In this document: positions 9,420-19,139 of the stretch, one piece after another
How the letters are laid out: each line of letters begins with the position of its first letter
How positions within the stretch are numbered: position 1 is the first letter of the stretch
NCBI GenBank assembly: GCA_963733295.1
Contig: CAVTCS010000003.1
Coordinates: forward strand, 1,056,001-1,120,000
DNA: 64,000 nt
Direction of reading: 5' to 3'
From: Vulcanimicrobiota bacterium
GTDB lineage: Bacteria > Vulcanimicrobiota > Vulcanimicrobiia > Vulcanimicrobiales > Vulcanimicrobiaceae
The notes under the pieces: model-generated
What the model was told of the DNA's origin: nothing
Databases searched by the model: none
What the model saw: only the letters and a program-made list of their open reading frames with translations
Made by a program: the position numbers and the translations under genes

Positions 9420-10588
9420 AGAGCGACGGGTTCGAGCGACGCCTCGAGCGCCTGACGCAGATCTTCGATGAGGTCGGCGGCGTCTTCGATACCGACGGAG
9501 AGGCGCAGCAACGAATCGGTGATGCCGCGGCGCTCCCGCTCCTCCTTTGGAATCGAACCGTGGGTCATGCGCGCGGGATGGCAGATCAGCGATTCGACGC
9601 CGCCGAGGCTTTCGGCGAGACTGAAGAGCCGCGTGGTCTTCGCGAGGACGAAGGCGCGCTCGGCCGGGCCGCGCGGAGCGAAGGAGACCATCCCGCCGAA
9701 ACCTCGCATCTGACGCTTTGCCAGCGCGTGGCCGGGATCGGAGGCTAAGCCGGGGTAGCGAACGATCTCGACGTCGTCGCGCGCATGCAAGAACTCGGCG
9801 ACTGCTTGTGCGTTGCGCTCGTGTTCGCGCATGCGTAGCGCGAGCGTCTTCGCACCGCGCATCACGAGCCATGCGTCCATCGGACCCGGCACGCCGCCCA
9901 CCGCGTTCTGGTGGAACTTGAGGCTCTCGGCGATCGCCGGGTCGTTGGTGAGCGCGGCGCCTCCGACCGCGTCGCTGTGACCGCCGATGTATTTCGTAGT
10001 CGAATAAACGGAGACGTCGGCGCCCAAGCGGAGCGGCGATTGAAGGTAGGGTGTCGCGAAGGTGTTGTCGACGACCAGTACCTGGCCCGGCCGTTTGAGC
10101 GCAGCCAGCGCGGCAATGTCGACCAATTTGAGAAGTGGATTGGTCGGAGTCTCAGCCCAGATGAGCTTCGTTTCGGGACGAAACGCCGCGCGCGTCGCGG
10201 CTGCGTCGGCGAGGTCGACGAACGTGAACGTCAACCCGTAGCGAGCGAGCACGCGCGCGAAAAGCCGGTAGGTCCCGCCGTAGAGATCGTCGCCGACAAC
10301 GACGTGATCTCCGGCCGAGAGCAGGTTCATGACGGCCGAAGTCGCCGCCATTCCGCTTGCGAACGCGCTGCAAAACGCGGCTTCCTCGAGAGCCGCGAGC
10401 TGCCGCTCGAGCGCGAGGCGGGTCGGGTTGATCGTGCGGCTGTAGTCGAACCCGCGGTGCTCGCCGATCGCAGTTTGCGTGTAGGTCGAGGTTTGATAGA
10501 TCGGGACGATCGTCGCGCCCGTCGCCGGATCCGCTTCTTGACCGGCGTGGATCGCCCGCGTCGCGAAGCCCTCGGAACCTGCGCTCAC
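9401..10588 (-). CDS. cystathionine gamma-lyase/synthase (PLP)
   Basis: FATRAIHAG, YSRT.NPT, ETPTNP, DNTFATP, STTKYIGGHSD; GTG start overlaps the cbs stop (GTGA). Confidence 0.95.
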   Translation of the reverse strand: MSAGSEGFATRAIHAGQEADPATGATIVPIYQTSTYTQTAIGEHRGFDYSRTINPTRLALERQLAALEEAAFCSAFASGMAATSAVMNLLSAGDHVVVGDDLYGGTYRLFARVLARYGLTFTFVDLADAAATRAAFRPETKLIWAETPTNPLLKLVDIAALAALKRPGQVLVVDNTFATPYLQSPLRLGADVSVYSTTKYIGGHSDAVGGAALTNDPAIAESLKFHQNAVGGVPGPMDAWLVMRGAKTLALRMREHERNAQAVAEFLHARDDVEIVRYPGLASDPGHALAKRQMRGFGGMVSFAPRGPAERAFVLAKTTRLFSLAESLGGVESLICHPARMTHGSIPKEERERRGITDSLLRLSVGIEDAADLIEDLRQALEASLEPVALQRSRG

Positions 10589-11976
10589 TTCTGCTGGGTC
10601 GCGCTGGCCGAAAGAAACGAGATGACGTCTTGGCGCGTCACGACGCCCATGGGGCGACCGCCCTCGGTGACGAGCAGTGCGGCGCTCTCGATCGTCAGGA
10701 GTTTGTACGCGCGATCGATCTCCGCCGAGGTTTCGAGCGCAGGGAAGGGCCGGCCCATCACCTCGCGCACCGGTTTGTGGATAAGGTCGGCTTGCGCGAA
10801 AACCGCCTGCATGACCGCCACGTCGTTCACGCTGCCGACGATCTCCTGACCGCGGATGACGGGAAGTTGCGAAATCTCGTAACTGCGCAGCAGATCGAGA
10901 GCGTGCTTGACGACGTCGTCGTCTTTGACGGTGATTAGCGGCGGCAACGGTTCTTTGCTGCGCAGCACGTCGCCGACCGTGGCTTGGCGCTTCCCTTCGG
11001 AGATGAAGCCGTTGGCGATCATCCAGTCGTCGTTGAAGATCTTCGACATATAGCCGCGGCCGCTGTCGGGAAAGATGACGACGAGGATGCTTTCCGGCGG
11101 TAAGGTTTTGGCTACTCGCACCGCAGCAACCGCCGCGGTCCCCGACGATCCGCCGACCAGCAAACCTTCCTCGCGCGTGATTCGCCGCGCCATCAAGAAG
11201 GACTCGCGATCGGAGACGCGCTGGACTTCGTCGATCACGCGCATGTCCACCGTTTCGGGTAAGTAAGCCATGCCGATGCCTTCGACCGCGTACGACTTCG
11301 GAGTGTCGCCGGAGTAGATCGAGCCTTCCGGATCGGCGCCGATCACGCGAATGGCGGGTTGGCGCTCCTTGAGGAAGCGTGCCGTCCCCGAAATCGTGCC
11401 GCCCGTGCCGATTCCGGAGACGAGATGCGTGATCGTCCCGGCGGTCTGTTCCCAGATCTCGGGACCGGTCGTGTCGTAGTGCGCGTCGGGGTTGGCATGA
11501 TTGTGCCACTGGTTGGGCATGAACGCGCCGGGAATCTCGGCGACGAGCCGATTCGCAACGCCGTAGTACGACTCGGGTGAATCGGAGGGTGCGTTTGTCG
11601 GCGTGATGACGACGTCGGCGCCGTAGGCTCGCAAGAGGTCGATTTTTTCTTTGGACATCTTGTCGGGCATGACCAGAATGCAGCGGTAACCGCGAATCGC
11701 GGCGGCCATTGCGAGGCCGGTCCCGGTGTTGCCGCTGGTCGCTTCGACGATCGTCGCGCCGGGCTTGAGCAAACCGCGTTCTTCGGCGTCGCGCAGCATC
11801 GCGACGGCAGGCCGGTCCTTGACGCTCCCGCCCGGGTTGACGTACTCGACTTTGGCGAGCACTAAACACTTCGCGCCGTCGATCACGCGCCGCAGGCGGA
11901 TCAGCGGGGTTCGCCCCACGGCCTCTAGGGCGCTCTCAAAGTACTGAGCTTTCCGTAGCGCGTCGGCGGTAGCCAT
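10585..11976 (-). CDS. cbs: cystathionine beta-synthase with C-terminal CBS pair
   Basis: NPGGSVKDR, TSGNTG, GTGGT motifs; C-terminal CBS domains; ATG 11976 with GGAGG. Confidence 0.93.
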   Translation of the reverse strand: MATADALRKAQYFESALEAVGRTPLIRLRRVIDGAKCLVLAKVEYVNPGGSVKDRPAVAMLRDAEERGLLKPGATIVEATSGNTGTGLAMAAAIRGYRCILVMPDKMSKEKIDLLRAYGADVVITPTNAPSDSPESYYGVANRLVAEIPGAFMPNQWHNHANPDAHYDTTGPEIWEQTAGTITHLVSGIGTGGTISGTARFLKERQPAIRVIGADPEGSIYSGDTPKSYAVEGIGMAYLPETVDMRVIDEVQRVSDRESFLMARRITREEGLLVGGSSGTAAVAAVRVAKTLPPESILVVIFPDSGRGYMSKIFNDDWMIANGFISEGKRQATVGDVLRSKEPLPPLITVKDDDVVKHALDLLRSYEISQLPVIRGQEIVGSVNDVAVMQAVFAQADLIHKPVREVMGRPFPALETSAEIDRAYKLLTIESAALLVTEGGRPMGVVTRQDVISFLSASATQQK

Positions 11977-12078
11977 CGTTCCTCCCGGCCTCATGGTCGA
12001 ACCAAAAGCTTCGCTTCCGCGGCTGAATCTCATCGGCGGCCGGGGCGGTTCTATGAGTCGTCACACAGGAGGTTTGAG

Positions 12079-12432
12079 GTGGCGACCGATTTTACCAGCG
12101 GCAAAGACTTTCCGAGGCGCGGCCGCGAGGAGGCGGGCGGGTTCATGTGGCTCCTGCGCGTGTTCGACAAGGCTCGAGCCTCGGCCGGCGGGACGATTCA
12201 CGATTACATCTATCCGTGCCCGATGGATAAGGGCGTCTTGGAACGCTGGGGGATCACGCCGGCCCAGTTCGACGAAGCCATCCGGAAGCACCGCAGCGAC
12301 GCCGAAATCTTGGCATGGGTAAGAGAGCGCGTCAGCGACGAGCGGCGAGAAGCGGCCAACGCCTGGCTGCGTAAAGAGAAGAGCGGTAGTTTAGACCGGC
12401 AGGATTCCGAAGAAGGCGTTATCGCCGCTTAA
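12079..12432 (+). CDS. DUF5069-like protein
   Basis: PR.GRE..GG..WL.R.FDKARA...DY.YPCPMD pattern; AGGAGG RBS. Confidence 0.7.
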   Translation: MATDFTSGKDFPRRGREEAGGFMWLLRVFDKARASAGGTIHDYIYPCPMDKGVLERWGITPAQFDEAIRKHRSDAEILAWVRERVSDERREAANAWLRKEKSGSLDRQDSEEGVIAA

Positions 12433-12449
12433 CTCAAAATCGCGCGAAC

Positions 12450-12788
12450 ATGAAAGTTGGCCGATTCTCCCTTGCCGTCGCGCTCGCGTTTTTACTATCG
12501 AGTTGCGGCCCCGCGGCTCCGCCGGCCGGCAGCTACGGCACGTTGACCGGTTTCGTGCGGGATGCTGCAAGCGGGCTTCCGATCGCTGGAGCGGTGGTGA
12601 GCGTTTCGGTTATTAGCTCGAGCCCAACCGGAACCGACGGAAAATTCACCGTGTACCCGATTCCGCCGGGACCCATTACCGCCGTGACCGCGACGGCGCC
12701 AAGTTACCAGCAATACAACAATCCCGCGGGAGGGACGATCGCTCCGGGGCAAATCCTCAACCAAGACGTTCTGATGACGCACACCTGA
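12450..12788 (+). CDS. lipoprotein with carboxypeptidase-regulatory-like domain
   Basis: Lipobox LSSC; G.V.D..SG.PI.GA.V motif. Confidence 0.75.
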   Translation: MKVGRFSLAVALAFLLSSCGPAAPPAGSYGTLTGFVRDAASGLPIAGAVVSVSVISSSPTGTDGKFTVYPIPPGPITAVTATAPSYQQYNNPAGGTIAPGQILNQDVLMTHT

Positions 12789-13934
12789 TTGCTCGCGGTC
12801 ATCGCGCCGGATAAGTTCAAAGGGAGCTTGACGGCGCTCGAAGCGGCGAGGGCAATCGAACGCGGTTTGCAGAAGTCGCTCGGCGCTGCGCTCGAAACGC
12901 GCATCGTGCCGATGGCGGACGGTGGCGAAGGGACCGTCGACGCGTTCGTCGCGACCGGCGCGCGTCGCGTGACTCGAACGGTGCGGGGTCCGCTCGGGGC
13001 AGAGGTCGAGGCCGGCTTCGCGCTGGCGGGGTCGACGGCGATCGTCGAGATGGCGGCGGCCTCCGGTCTTCCGCTGGTTGCTGCGGAGCAGCGCGATCCA
13101 CTGCGTGCCAGCAGCTTTGGAACCGGCCAGCTGATCGAAGCGGCGCTCGACGTGGGCGCGCAACACCTCGTCGTCGGCATCGGCGGTAGCGCCACGAACG
13201 ACGGCGGCGCGGGGTTACTGAGCGCGCTCGGCGCGCGCTTCTTGGATCGCGGCGGTCGCGATTTAGCGCCCGGCGGCGCCGCGCTGGCGGACTTGAAGCG
13301 AATCGATCTGAGCGATTTCGATCCGCGGATCGCCGCTCGTCGCATCGAAGTCGCCGCGGACGTCACCAATCCGCTCACCGGCGCGAGCGGTGCGAGCGCG
13401 GTTTTCGGTCCGCAGAAGGGCGCCGCTCCCGCGCAAGTGGCGTTGCTCGACGCCGCGCTGACGCACTTCGCGGACGTCGCCGCCGCACTTTTGGGGCGCG
13501 ACATGCGAGCGGTTCCCGGCGCCGGCGCAGCGGGTGGAGTCGGATTTGCGTTGCTCGCTTTCGCGGGAGCGACGTTGCGGCCGGGCGTCGAGATCGTGGC
13601 CGAGCTGCGCGGCCTAAAGCGTGCGCTGGAGGGCGCGCAATGGTGTCTTACCGGAGAAGGCAGTATCGACGCGCAGACGCTCGACGGGAAGACCGTCGAC
13701 GGCGTCGCGCGCGCCGCGCAAGCTCAAGGGGTGCGCACGATCGCTTTTGCGGGGCGCGTTGAGCCGGGGGCAGCGGCGGAACTGACAGCGCGCGGCGTGA
13801 CAGTGATCCCGTTGTCCGATCCGCCGCTCGAGCTAACGGAGTCGCTGAGGCGCGCCGCCGAGCTGCTGGAAGCGGCCGCGGAAAAGGCTGGCGAACGCAT
13901 CGGCCGCGGCGACCTCCAAACTCAGGGGCGCTAG
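12789..13934 (+). CDS. glxK: glycerate kinase
   Basis: APDKFKGSL, ADGGEGT, GGSATNDGG, GAGAAGG, TGEG motifs. Confidence 0.95.
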   Translation: MLAVIAPDKFKGSLTALEAARAIERGLQKSLGAALETRIVPMADGGEGTVDAFVATGARRVTRTVRGPLGAEVEAGFALAGSTAIVEMAAASGLPLVAAEQRDPLRASSFGTGQLIEAALDVGAQHLVVGIGGSATNDGGAGLLSALGARFLDRGGRDLAPGGAALADLKRIDLSDFDPRIAARRIEVAADVTNPLTGASGASAVFGPQKGAAPAQVALLDAALTHFADVAAALLGRDMRAVPGAGAAGGVGFALLAFAGATLRPGVEIVAELRGLKRALEGAQWCLTGEGSIDAQTLDGKTVDGVARAAQAQGVRTIAFAGRVEPGAAAELTARGVTVIPLSDPPLELTESLRRAAELLEAAAEKAGERIGRGDLQTQGR

Positions 13935-15277
13935 CCGCCGCTCGCGGCTTCTCGCGCCGGCGCCGTCGCCAGGCGCACGAATGACGAGCGTCGCGCAACG
14001 TAGTCGTCGACGAGTTTGAGAACGACGTCGGCGAGCCGCTGCGGATCGTGACGAACGGTCTCGGTTTCGCTGATGACGCTGGCGCGAACCACGCGGATGC
14101 CGAGCGCCTCGATTGCGGCAGTATCGGGAACGACCGGAACCTGTCCCTCCTCTGCGTACGCTTCGAGCAGGCGTTTCGGCGGCTCTTCGTTGACGACCGC
14201 ATATTCGCAGACGCGGGCGCGGGCCTGTTCGAGCAGCGTTTTGACATGTTTTGAGGCCGTGAACCCATCCGTCTCGCCGGGCTGCGTCATCACGTTGCAG
14301 ATGTAGATTTTTGCGCAGTGCGCTTCCGCGACGGCCTGTGCGATACCGTCCACGAGAACGTTCGGAAGAATCGACGTATAGAGGCTGCCGGGACCCAGCA
14401 CGATGGCGTCGGCCTCTTGAATTGCGGTGACGACTTCGGCGAGGGGTGAAACCCGCGGCGGTTCGAGTTCGAGCTTGACGATCTGAGCGTGGCCGCTCGA
14501 AATCGCCGTCTCGCCGCGTGCGATCGTTCCATCGGCATAGGTCGCGCGCAAGCGAACGCGTTCGAGCGTCGAGGGCAGGACGCGGCCCTTGATGTTGAGG
14601 ACGCGGCTCGATTCCTTGATCGCGCGATCGAAGTTTCCGGTAATGCCGGTCATCGCAGCCAAAAAGAGGTTGCCGAACGAGTGGCCGGTCAGCCCTTCGC
14701 CTTCGCTGAAGCGGTAGCGGAAGAGATCGGTGACCATCGCTTCGTCATCCGCCAGCGCGACGAGGCAGTTGCGAATATCACCCGGCGGAAGAATGCCGAG
14801 CTCTTTTTGAAGCCGGCCCGAACTGCCGCCGTCGTCGCTCACTGTTACGACGGCGGTGAGGTTCGAGGTGTACCGTTTGAGGCCGCGCAGGAGCGTCGAA
14901 AGGCCGGTGCCGCCGCCGATTGCGACGATCTTATAGCCGCGCCGCAAACGCATGTCGAGCAAGGCATCGACGATGTTGTCTTGGCCGCGCGATGATATCG
15001 CGCCGACGATCGAATGGATCCACTGGCGCAATCCGAACGCCACGCAAACGGCGCCGGCGATCATGAAAGCGTACGAGAGCCAGGGTAGCGGGACGTCGAA
15101 ATCATTGAAGAAGGAATCGACGAGCTCGTTGATCCCCATGTTCGAGCCCTCGGCGGTCATCCAGCGCGAGACGCCGTTCACGATCAAGAGCGTTCCGACT
15201 ACGGTCAACAGAAGCCAGCGCTTTACGCCGAGACCGGGGTAGAGCCAGCGGAAGAAGCGCAGGGGACTCGCGTTCAT
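13931..15277 (-). CDS. yvcK: YvcK/GlmR gluconeogenesis factor with N-terminal TM helices
   Basis: GGGTGL, DDGGSSG, PPGD.RN, GPGSLYTS motifs; start coupled to the rapZ stop. Confidence 0.93.
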   Translation of the reverse strand: MNASPLRFFRWLYPGLGVKRWLLLTVVGTLLIVNGVSRWMTAEGSNMGINELVDSFFNDFDVPLPWLSYAFMIAGAVCVAFGLRQWIHSIVGAISSRGQDNIVDALLDMRLRRGYKIVAIGGGTGLSTLLRGLKRYTSNLTAVVTVSDDGGSSGRLQKELGILPPGDIRNCLVALADDEAMVTDLFRYRFSEGEGLTGHSFGNLFLAAMTGITGNFDRAIKESSRVLNIKGRVLPSTLERVRLRATYADGTIARGETAISSGHAQIVKLELEPPRVSPLAEVVTAIQEADAIVLGPGSLYTSILPNVLVDGIAQAVAEAHCAKIYICNVMTQPGETDGFTASKHVKTLLEQARARVCEYAVVNEEPPKRLLEAYAEEGQVPVVPDTAAIEALGIRVVRASVISETETVRHDPQRLADVVLKLVDDYVARRSSFVRLATAPAREAASGG

Positions 15278-16137
15278 ACGGCCGCTAGTTCGCGGTGCTC
15301 GAGCGTTACCTTGAGTCCTTGCCGGGTGCGCAAGTGCGCGCCGATGCGTTCCGCTATATAGACCGAACGGTGCCGGCCACCGGTGCAACCGAAGGCGATC
15401 GTCAAGCGCGTCTTACCTTCGGCAACGTAGAGCGGTACGAGGAAGTCGAGCAGCGATTCGAGCCGCTGCAAGAAGCCGCGGGTCTCGGGCTGAGCCTCGA
15501 GAAATTTCGCGACCGGTTCGTCGGTGCCGCGGCACTCCCTGAGTTCGGGAACGTAGTATGGATTGGGCAAGAAGCGAACGTCGAAGACGAGGTCGGCATC
15601 GAGCGGCAGGCCGAACTTGAATCCAAACGTGACGACGTGCACGGACATCGCGGGCCAATTCGTCTCGTCGCCGAATTTGGCGGCGATCTGCGCCTTGAGT
15701 TCGGCGAGCGTCATTTGCGAGGTATCGAGGATGTGCGTCGCGGCCGAGCGGACGGCGAGGAGTTCCCTGCGCTCTCGCGCGATCGCGCCTTGGAGTGCGC
15801 CGGCCCCGTCGAGCGGATGCCGCCGGCGCGTTTCGCTGAAACGGCGCAGGAGCGCTTCGTCGCCGGCTTCCAGATAGAGGATTTCAAACGCGATGCCGCG
15901 CTCGCGCAGGTGCTGCAAAGCCGTCATCGGGTCGCCGAAAGGTCCTTGCCTGCGCATTTCCAGCGAGAGAGCGAGCTGGTCGACGCCCGCGCTCCGCGCG
16001 AGTTCGACGAGCTCGAGCGCAAGTGCAGGCGGTAAGTTGTCGATACAATAGTAGCCCAGGTCTTCGAAAGACTTCATCGCCTGACTCTTGCCGGCGCCGG
16101 AAAGCCCGGCAACGACGACGAAGCGGATGGAGCTCAC
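15274..16137 (-). CDS. rapZ: RNase adapter RapZ/YvcJ
   Basis: GLSGAGKS, RRRHPL, FDVRFLPNP, GCTGGRHRSV. Confidence 0.95.
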   Translation of the reverse strand: MSSIRFVVVAGLSGAGKSQAMKSFEDLGYYCIDNLPPALALELVELARSAGVDQLALSLEMRRQGPFGDPMTALQHLRERGIAFEILYLEAGDEALLRRFSETRRRHPLDGAGALQGAIARERRELLAVRSAATHILDTSQMTLAELKAQIAAKFGDETNWPAMSVHVVTFGFKFGLPLDADLVFDVRFLPNPYYVPELRECRGTDEPVAKFLEAQPETRGFLQRLESLLDFLVPLYVAEGKTRLTIAFGCTGGRHRSVYIAERIGAHLRTRQGLKVTLEHRELAAV

Positions 16138-16161
16138 CGATTTCCGCCGGAGCGATCGATC

Positions 16162-16551
16162 ATGAAGCTGTTTTCGCCCGAGAAAGCGAACGCCCTCATT
16201 CCGGTCTTGACGCCGATGCTGGAAGAACTGTGGGCAAAGCGGCGCGAGCTGGCAATTAAGCTGCTCGAGCAGGATCCCGCGCTACGCCACGCAGGTTCGC
16301 GGACGCCCACTTCCGCCGTCGAGCGGCGAGGGGAAGCGCGGCGGTGCACCGAGTTGAAAGCGGAGATCGTGCGGACGATCAACCGTGTCGAGTCGTATGG
16401 TTGCGTCGTCAAGGACCTCAACCTGGGACTCCTCGATTTTCCGGCGCTTCGCGATGGACGGCCCGTCTTTCTCTGCTGGAAAATCGGCGAACCGTCGATC
16501 GAGCACTGGCACGGCACCGACGAGTCGTTCGTCGACCGTAAGGAGATCTGA
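16162..16551 (+). CDS. DUF2203 family protein
   Basis: F..E.AN...P; KDL..GLLDFP; FLCWK.GE..I.HWH. Confidence 0.9.
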   Translation: MKLFSPEKANALIPVLTPMLEELWAKRRELAIKLLEQDPALRHAGSRTPTSAVERRGEARRCTELKAEIVRTINRVESYGCVVKDLNLGLLDFPALRDGRPVFLCWKIGEPSIEHWHGTDESFVDRKEI

Positions 16552-16569
16552 GCCGCGAGGGCGCCGGAT

Positions 16570-16971
16570 TTAGGCCGGCGCCGTTGCAGTCTCGACCTTA
16601 ATGAAGTCTTCGGCTAGTCCCTGAAGGCGAACGTCGCCGAACTCGACGGTGTACGCGCCGGCGTCGTGGCTCTTGACCTCGCCCGTCTCGGGTACGTTGG
16701 CGAGCTGCGGGATTTTCGTGCGGATCTCGTCGGGGAGACGGACCTTGTCGCCGACGTTCAAACCGCCGTGCTCGAAGAGGTTCTCGAGTTCTTCCATCAG
16801 CATCGGCAGCGGAATGCCATACCCTTCGCTGACTTGCGCGATGGTTTCAGTCTCGCTGATCGCGCAATTCGAGCATCCACCCAAATGAAACTTGGCAAAC
16901 ACGCGGCGGGCGCCGGCGTGGGTTTTGAAGGCTTGTTCGACGGTTAGGTCTTTGTTGAAATGAGCGCTCAA
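16570..16971 (-). CDS. DUF1858-like CxxC protein with C-terminal SH3/KOW-like segment
   Basis: VF.KFHLGGCSNC...ETI; VGDKVRL...GEV...YTVEF. Confidence 0.65.
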   Translation of the reverse strand: MSAHFNKDLTVEQAFKTHAGARRVFAKFHLGGCSNCAISETETIAQVSEGYGIPLPMLMEELENLFEHGGLNVGDKVRLPDEIRTKIPQLANVPETGEVKSHDAGAYTVEFGDVRLQGLAEDFIKVETATAPA

Positions 16972-17076
16972 CCAATCTCTCCTGGGAAACGGGCGCGCAG
17001 GTGGCGCGCTCGATAATCGTTCCCCAGAACCGCAGGCGCGGCCTGGCCGGTTGCGGCCGCCCGGGCGAGGGGTGAA

Positions 17077-17427
17077 GCGAAGTACGCCTGTAAGCCGGAT
17101 TCTGTACCGCTTGCGCGGCGGCAGCCATCTCTCTGGGACCCCGGTTGCCCGGCGCCTCGATGCGACGTAGCTCGTGTGGGCGGGCAGCCCAGCCCTTGCG
17201 GGCGTTTCGAGCGATCTTGCTTCGCGTGGGGTTTACCCGAGCGTGCGTCTCCGCAGCGCTCCGTGAGCTCTTACCTCACGATTTCACCCTTGCCGGGACG
17301 AGCCCGGCGGTTTGTTTCTGTGGCACTTTCCTTCGGGTCGCCCCGACAGGACGTTATCCTGCACGCTGCCCTGTGAAGCCCGGACTTTCCTCACGCCCCC
17401 GGCGTGCGACTGCCCGGCGTACTTCGC
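17077..17427 (-). ncRNA. rnpB: RNase P RNA (type A)
   Basis: Minus strand has GAGGAAAGTCCGGGC, GAAAGTGCCACAGAAA and ACAGAATCCGGCTTA; complementary P1 ends GCGAAGTACGCC/GGCGTACTTCGC. Confidence 0.97.
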
Positions 17428-17504
17428 CAAAATGATTTTACCCAGGGGAAGAAGCCGGGCCTGCGAATCGTGCGTCCCGTCTGAGCCGGACTCGGAGGCC
17501 AGCT

Positions 17505-18329
17505 ATGTGGGTAGTCCTGGGATTTCTCCTCGCGGCGGCACTCGGCTTGATCGCGGTGCTTGTTGCGGGCCGGCGTGGCTCCGTTCCGCGCAACGACTAC
17601 CCATGGATGCTCGATGAGGTTTCGAAGCTCCACGTGGCAATCGTCGGCAGCCTGGCCGGCTTCGCCTTTACGGGCGTGGTGCTCGTGGTGACGCTGGTGC
17701 GGGACACCGCGCAAACTGAGGAAGTCGCGCTCGACACGGTGATCGTCATGTTCCTCGTCGCGTACTTGTACTGGGTAGGCAGCGCTTTTCTCATCTCGTA
17801 CCTGCCGCGCGGTCTCGAGAGCGGCGACCTGGTACAGCGGGTCCATTTCAGCCTTGCGTCCACGATCGAATATCGTACCGTCTTTCTTTCCTGGTTTGCG
17901 CTGCTGCCGCTCCTTCAAGCAAACGGCCTGGGCCGGCTCGTGCACATCCTTTACTTTCTACTGCCCGTGTCGTTATTTCTCGGCTCTCTACTGCTGGCGA
18001 TGGCTACCGATGGTCTGGGACTCGTCCGCTTCAAAGAAACATACTTCTCCGCCGCAGTAGGAACGGGACTTGCCCTAGCATATGCAGCGGTCGTTACGTG
18101 GATATTTCCCGGCGCGCGCTCGGCATACTCGGCATTGCATCTTGCTATCGTATTGTTCTGCGTGAACGGCATCGGCTTCGCGCTCGCGACGCTTACGCCG
18201 CTGGCACATAAGTACGCCGGCGTCGACCGCTTCTACGAACGATTCGGAAGGCAGCTGGTCGTTGCCGACATGCAACTAACGATGCTCGCGCTCGCGTTCC
18301 TCTGGCTGGCCGTAGTCGGCGCGATCTAA
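17505..18329 (+). CDS. multi-pass membrane protein of unknown function
   Basis: GGAGG RBS; about 8 hydrophobic segments. Confidence 0.7.
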   Translation: MWVVLGFLLAAALGLIAVLVAGRRGSVPRNDYPWMLDEVSKLHVAIVGSLAGFAFTGVVLVVTLVRDTAQTEEVALDTVIVMFLVAYLYWVGSAFLISYLPRGLESGDLVQRVHFSLASTIEYRTVFLSWFALLPLLQANGLGRLVHILYFLLPVSLFLGSLLLAMATDGLGLVRFKETYFSAAVGTGLALAYAAVVTWIFPGARSAYSALHLAIVLFCVNGIGFALATLTPLAHKYAGVDRFYERFGRQLVVADMQLTMLALAFLWLAVVGAI

Positions 18330-18436
18330 AAGTCGAACCGTGTTCCGCATCGGCGTCGATCGGCAGCCGCTAACGACCGCCGGGAGCCTCCCCGGCCCGG
18401 GGAGGCGGGCATCTGGCGTCGAAAAATCTCGGCGGT

Positions 18437-18772
18437 ATGGGAGTTGAAATGGTGGACGCGCAGCGGCCACGCTGGTCGGATGCGTTTAAGGGGAACCTTA
18501 TATTTTTCGGCTCGATGTCCGAAAATGTGGCATCGAGCATCCTCGGCATGATGCACCGGATCAGCGGGACCGCATGGGGCATTCTTGCCTGTGGTTCTTT
18601 GCTCTTATCGCTCTACTACGTATGGTTCGTATTTAGGCGTTGGCGTCGTTGGCCATCCATCCATATGTCGCCCCGCGAGAAGCAGATTATCACGCCGCTT
18701 GCGCTCGGATCTATTCTGTTATCGTACCTGTATATAGTGCTCGTGTTCCGTTCGATCGGCCATCACGGCTAG
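18437..18772 (+). CDS. small membrane protein (start uncertain)
   Basis: Two hydrophobic helices separated by a basic loop. Confidence 0.45.
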   Translation: MGVEMVDAQRPRWSDAFKGNLIFFGSMSENVASSILGMMHRISGTAWGILACGSLLLSLYYVWFVFRRWRRWPSIHMSPREKQIITPLALGSILLSYLYIVLVFRSIGHHG

Positions 18773-19012
18773 TGAGCCCGCAAGCACGCGCGCGGTAGTT
18801 TCACGGCAGCGCACTGGACCTGGCTGACGTCTCCATGGATGCCGCGAAGGTTCGGCTGCCTCGGCAGCTGAGCTTAGGATGCTCGCTAGCTAGGAAGAAG
18901 GCTTCAGGCCGGGAGCGCGAACCCAGGTCGGCGGCCGATTCGGATCCGGAAACCGTCTCGAGCGTTTCCGGGGAAGTGAGAAGAGGCGGAAAACTCGACA
19001 GGATAAGGCTCT

Positions 19013-19085
19013 GGGGGCATAGCTCAGCTGGTAGAGCACTTGCATGGCATGCAAGGGGTCAGGAGTTCGAGTCTCCTTGCCTCCA
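19013..19085 (+). tRNA. tRNA-Ala(GGC)
   Basis: Cloverleaf with G3:U70; CTTGC-ATGGCAT-GCAAG anticodon arm. Confidence 0.95.
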
Positions 19086-19139
19086 AAGGGTTTCCGTCGC
19101 ACTAGGACTTCAGTCGCTTACGAAGTGATTAGGCTCGCT

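Noticed and set aside
9401..11869. 822-aa ORF suggesting a long fusion to the cystathionine lyase
   Set aside because: The N-terminal part is an off-frame shadow of cbs; the real start is the coupled GTG at 10588
11977..12078. Possible SAM riboswitch upstream of cbs
   Set aside because: The leader is short and shows no recognisable SAM-I core motifs
18334..18346. GAAC-CGT-GTTC LexA-like site
   Set aside because: The spacer is 3 nt rather than 4 and no SOS-type gene follows
19044..19139. ORF-track N-terminal extension of the ABC binding protein (and likewise of aroA at 3469-3516)
   Set aside because: Both extensions start inside tRNA genes
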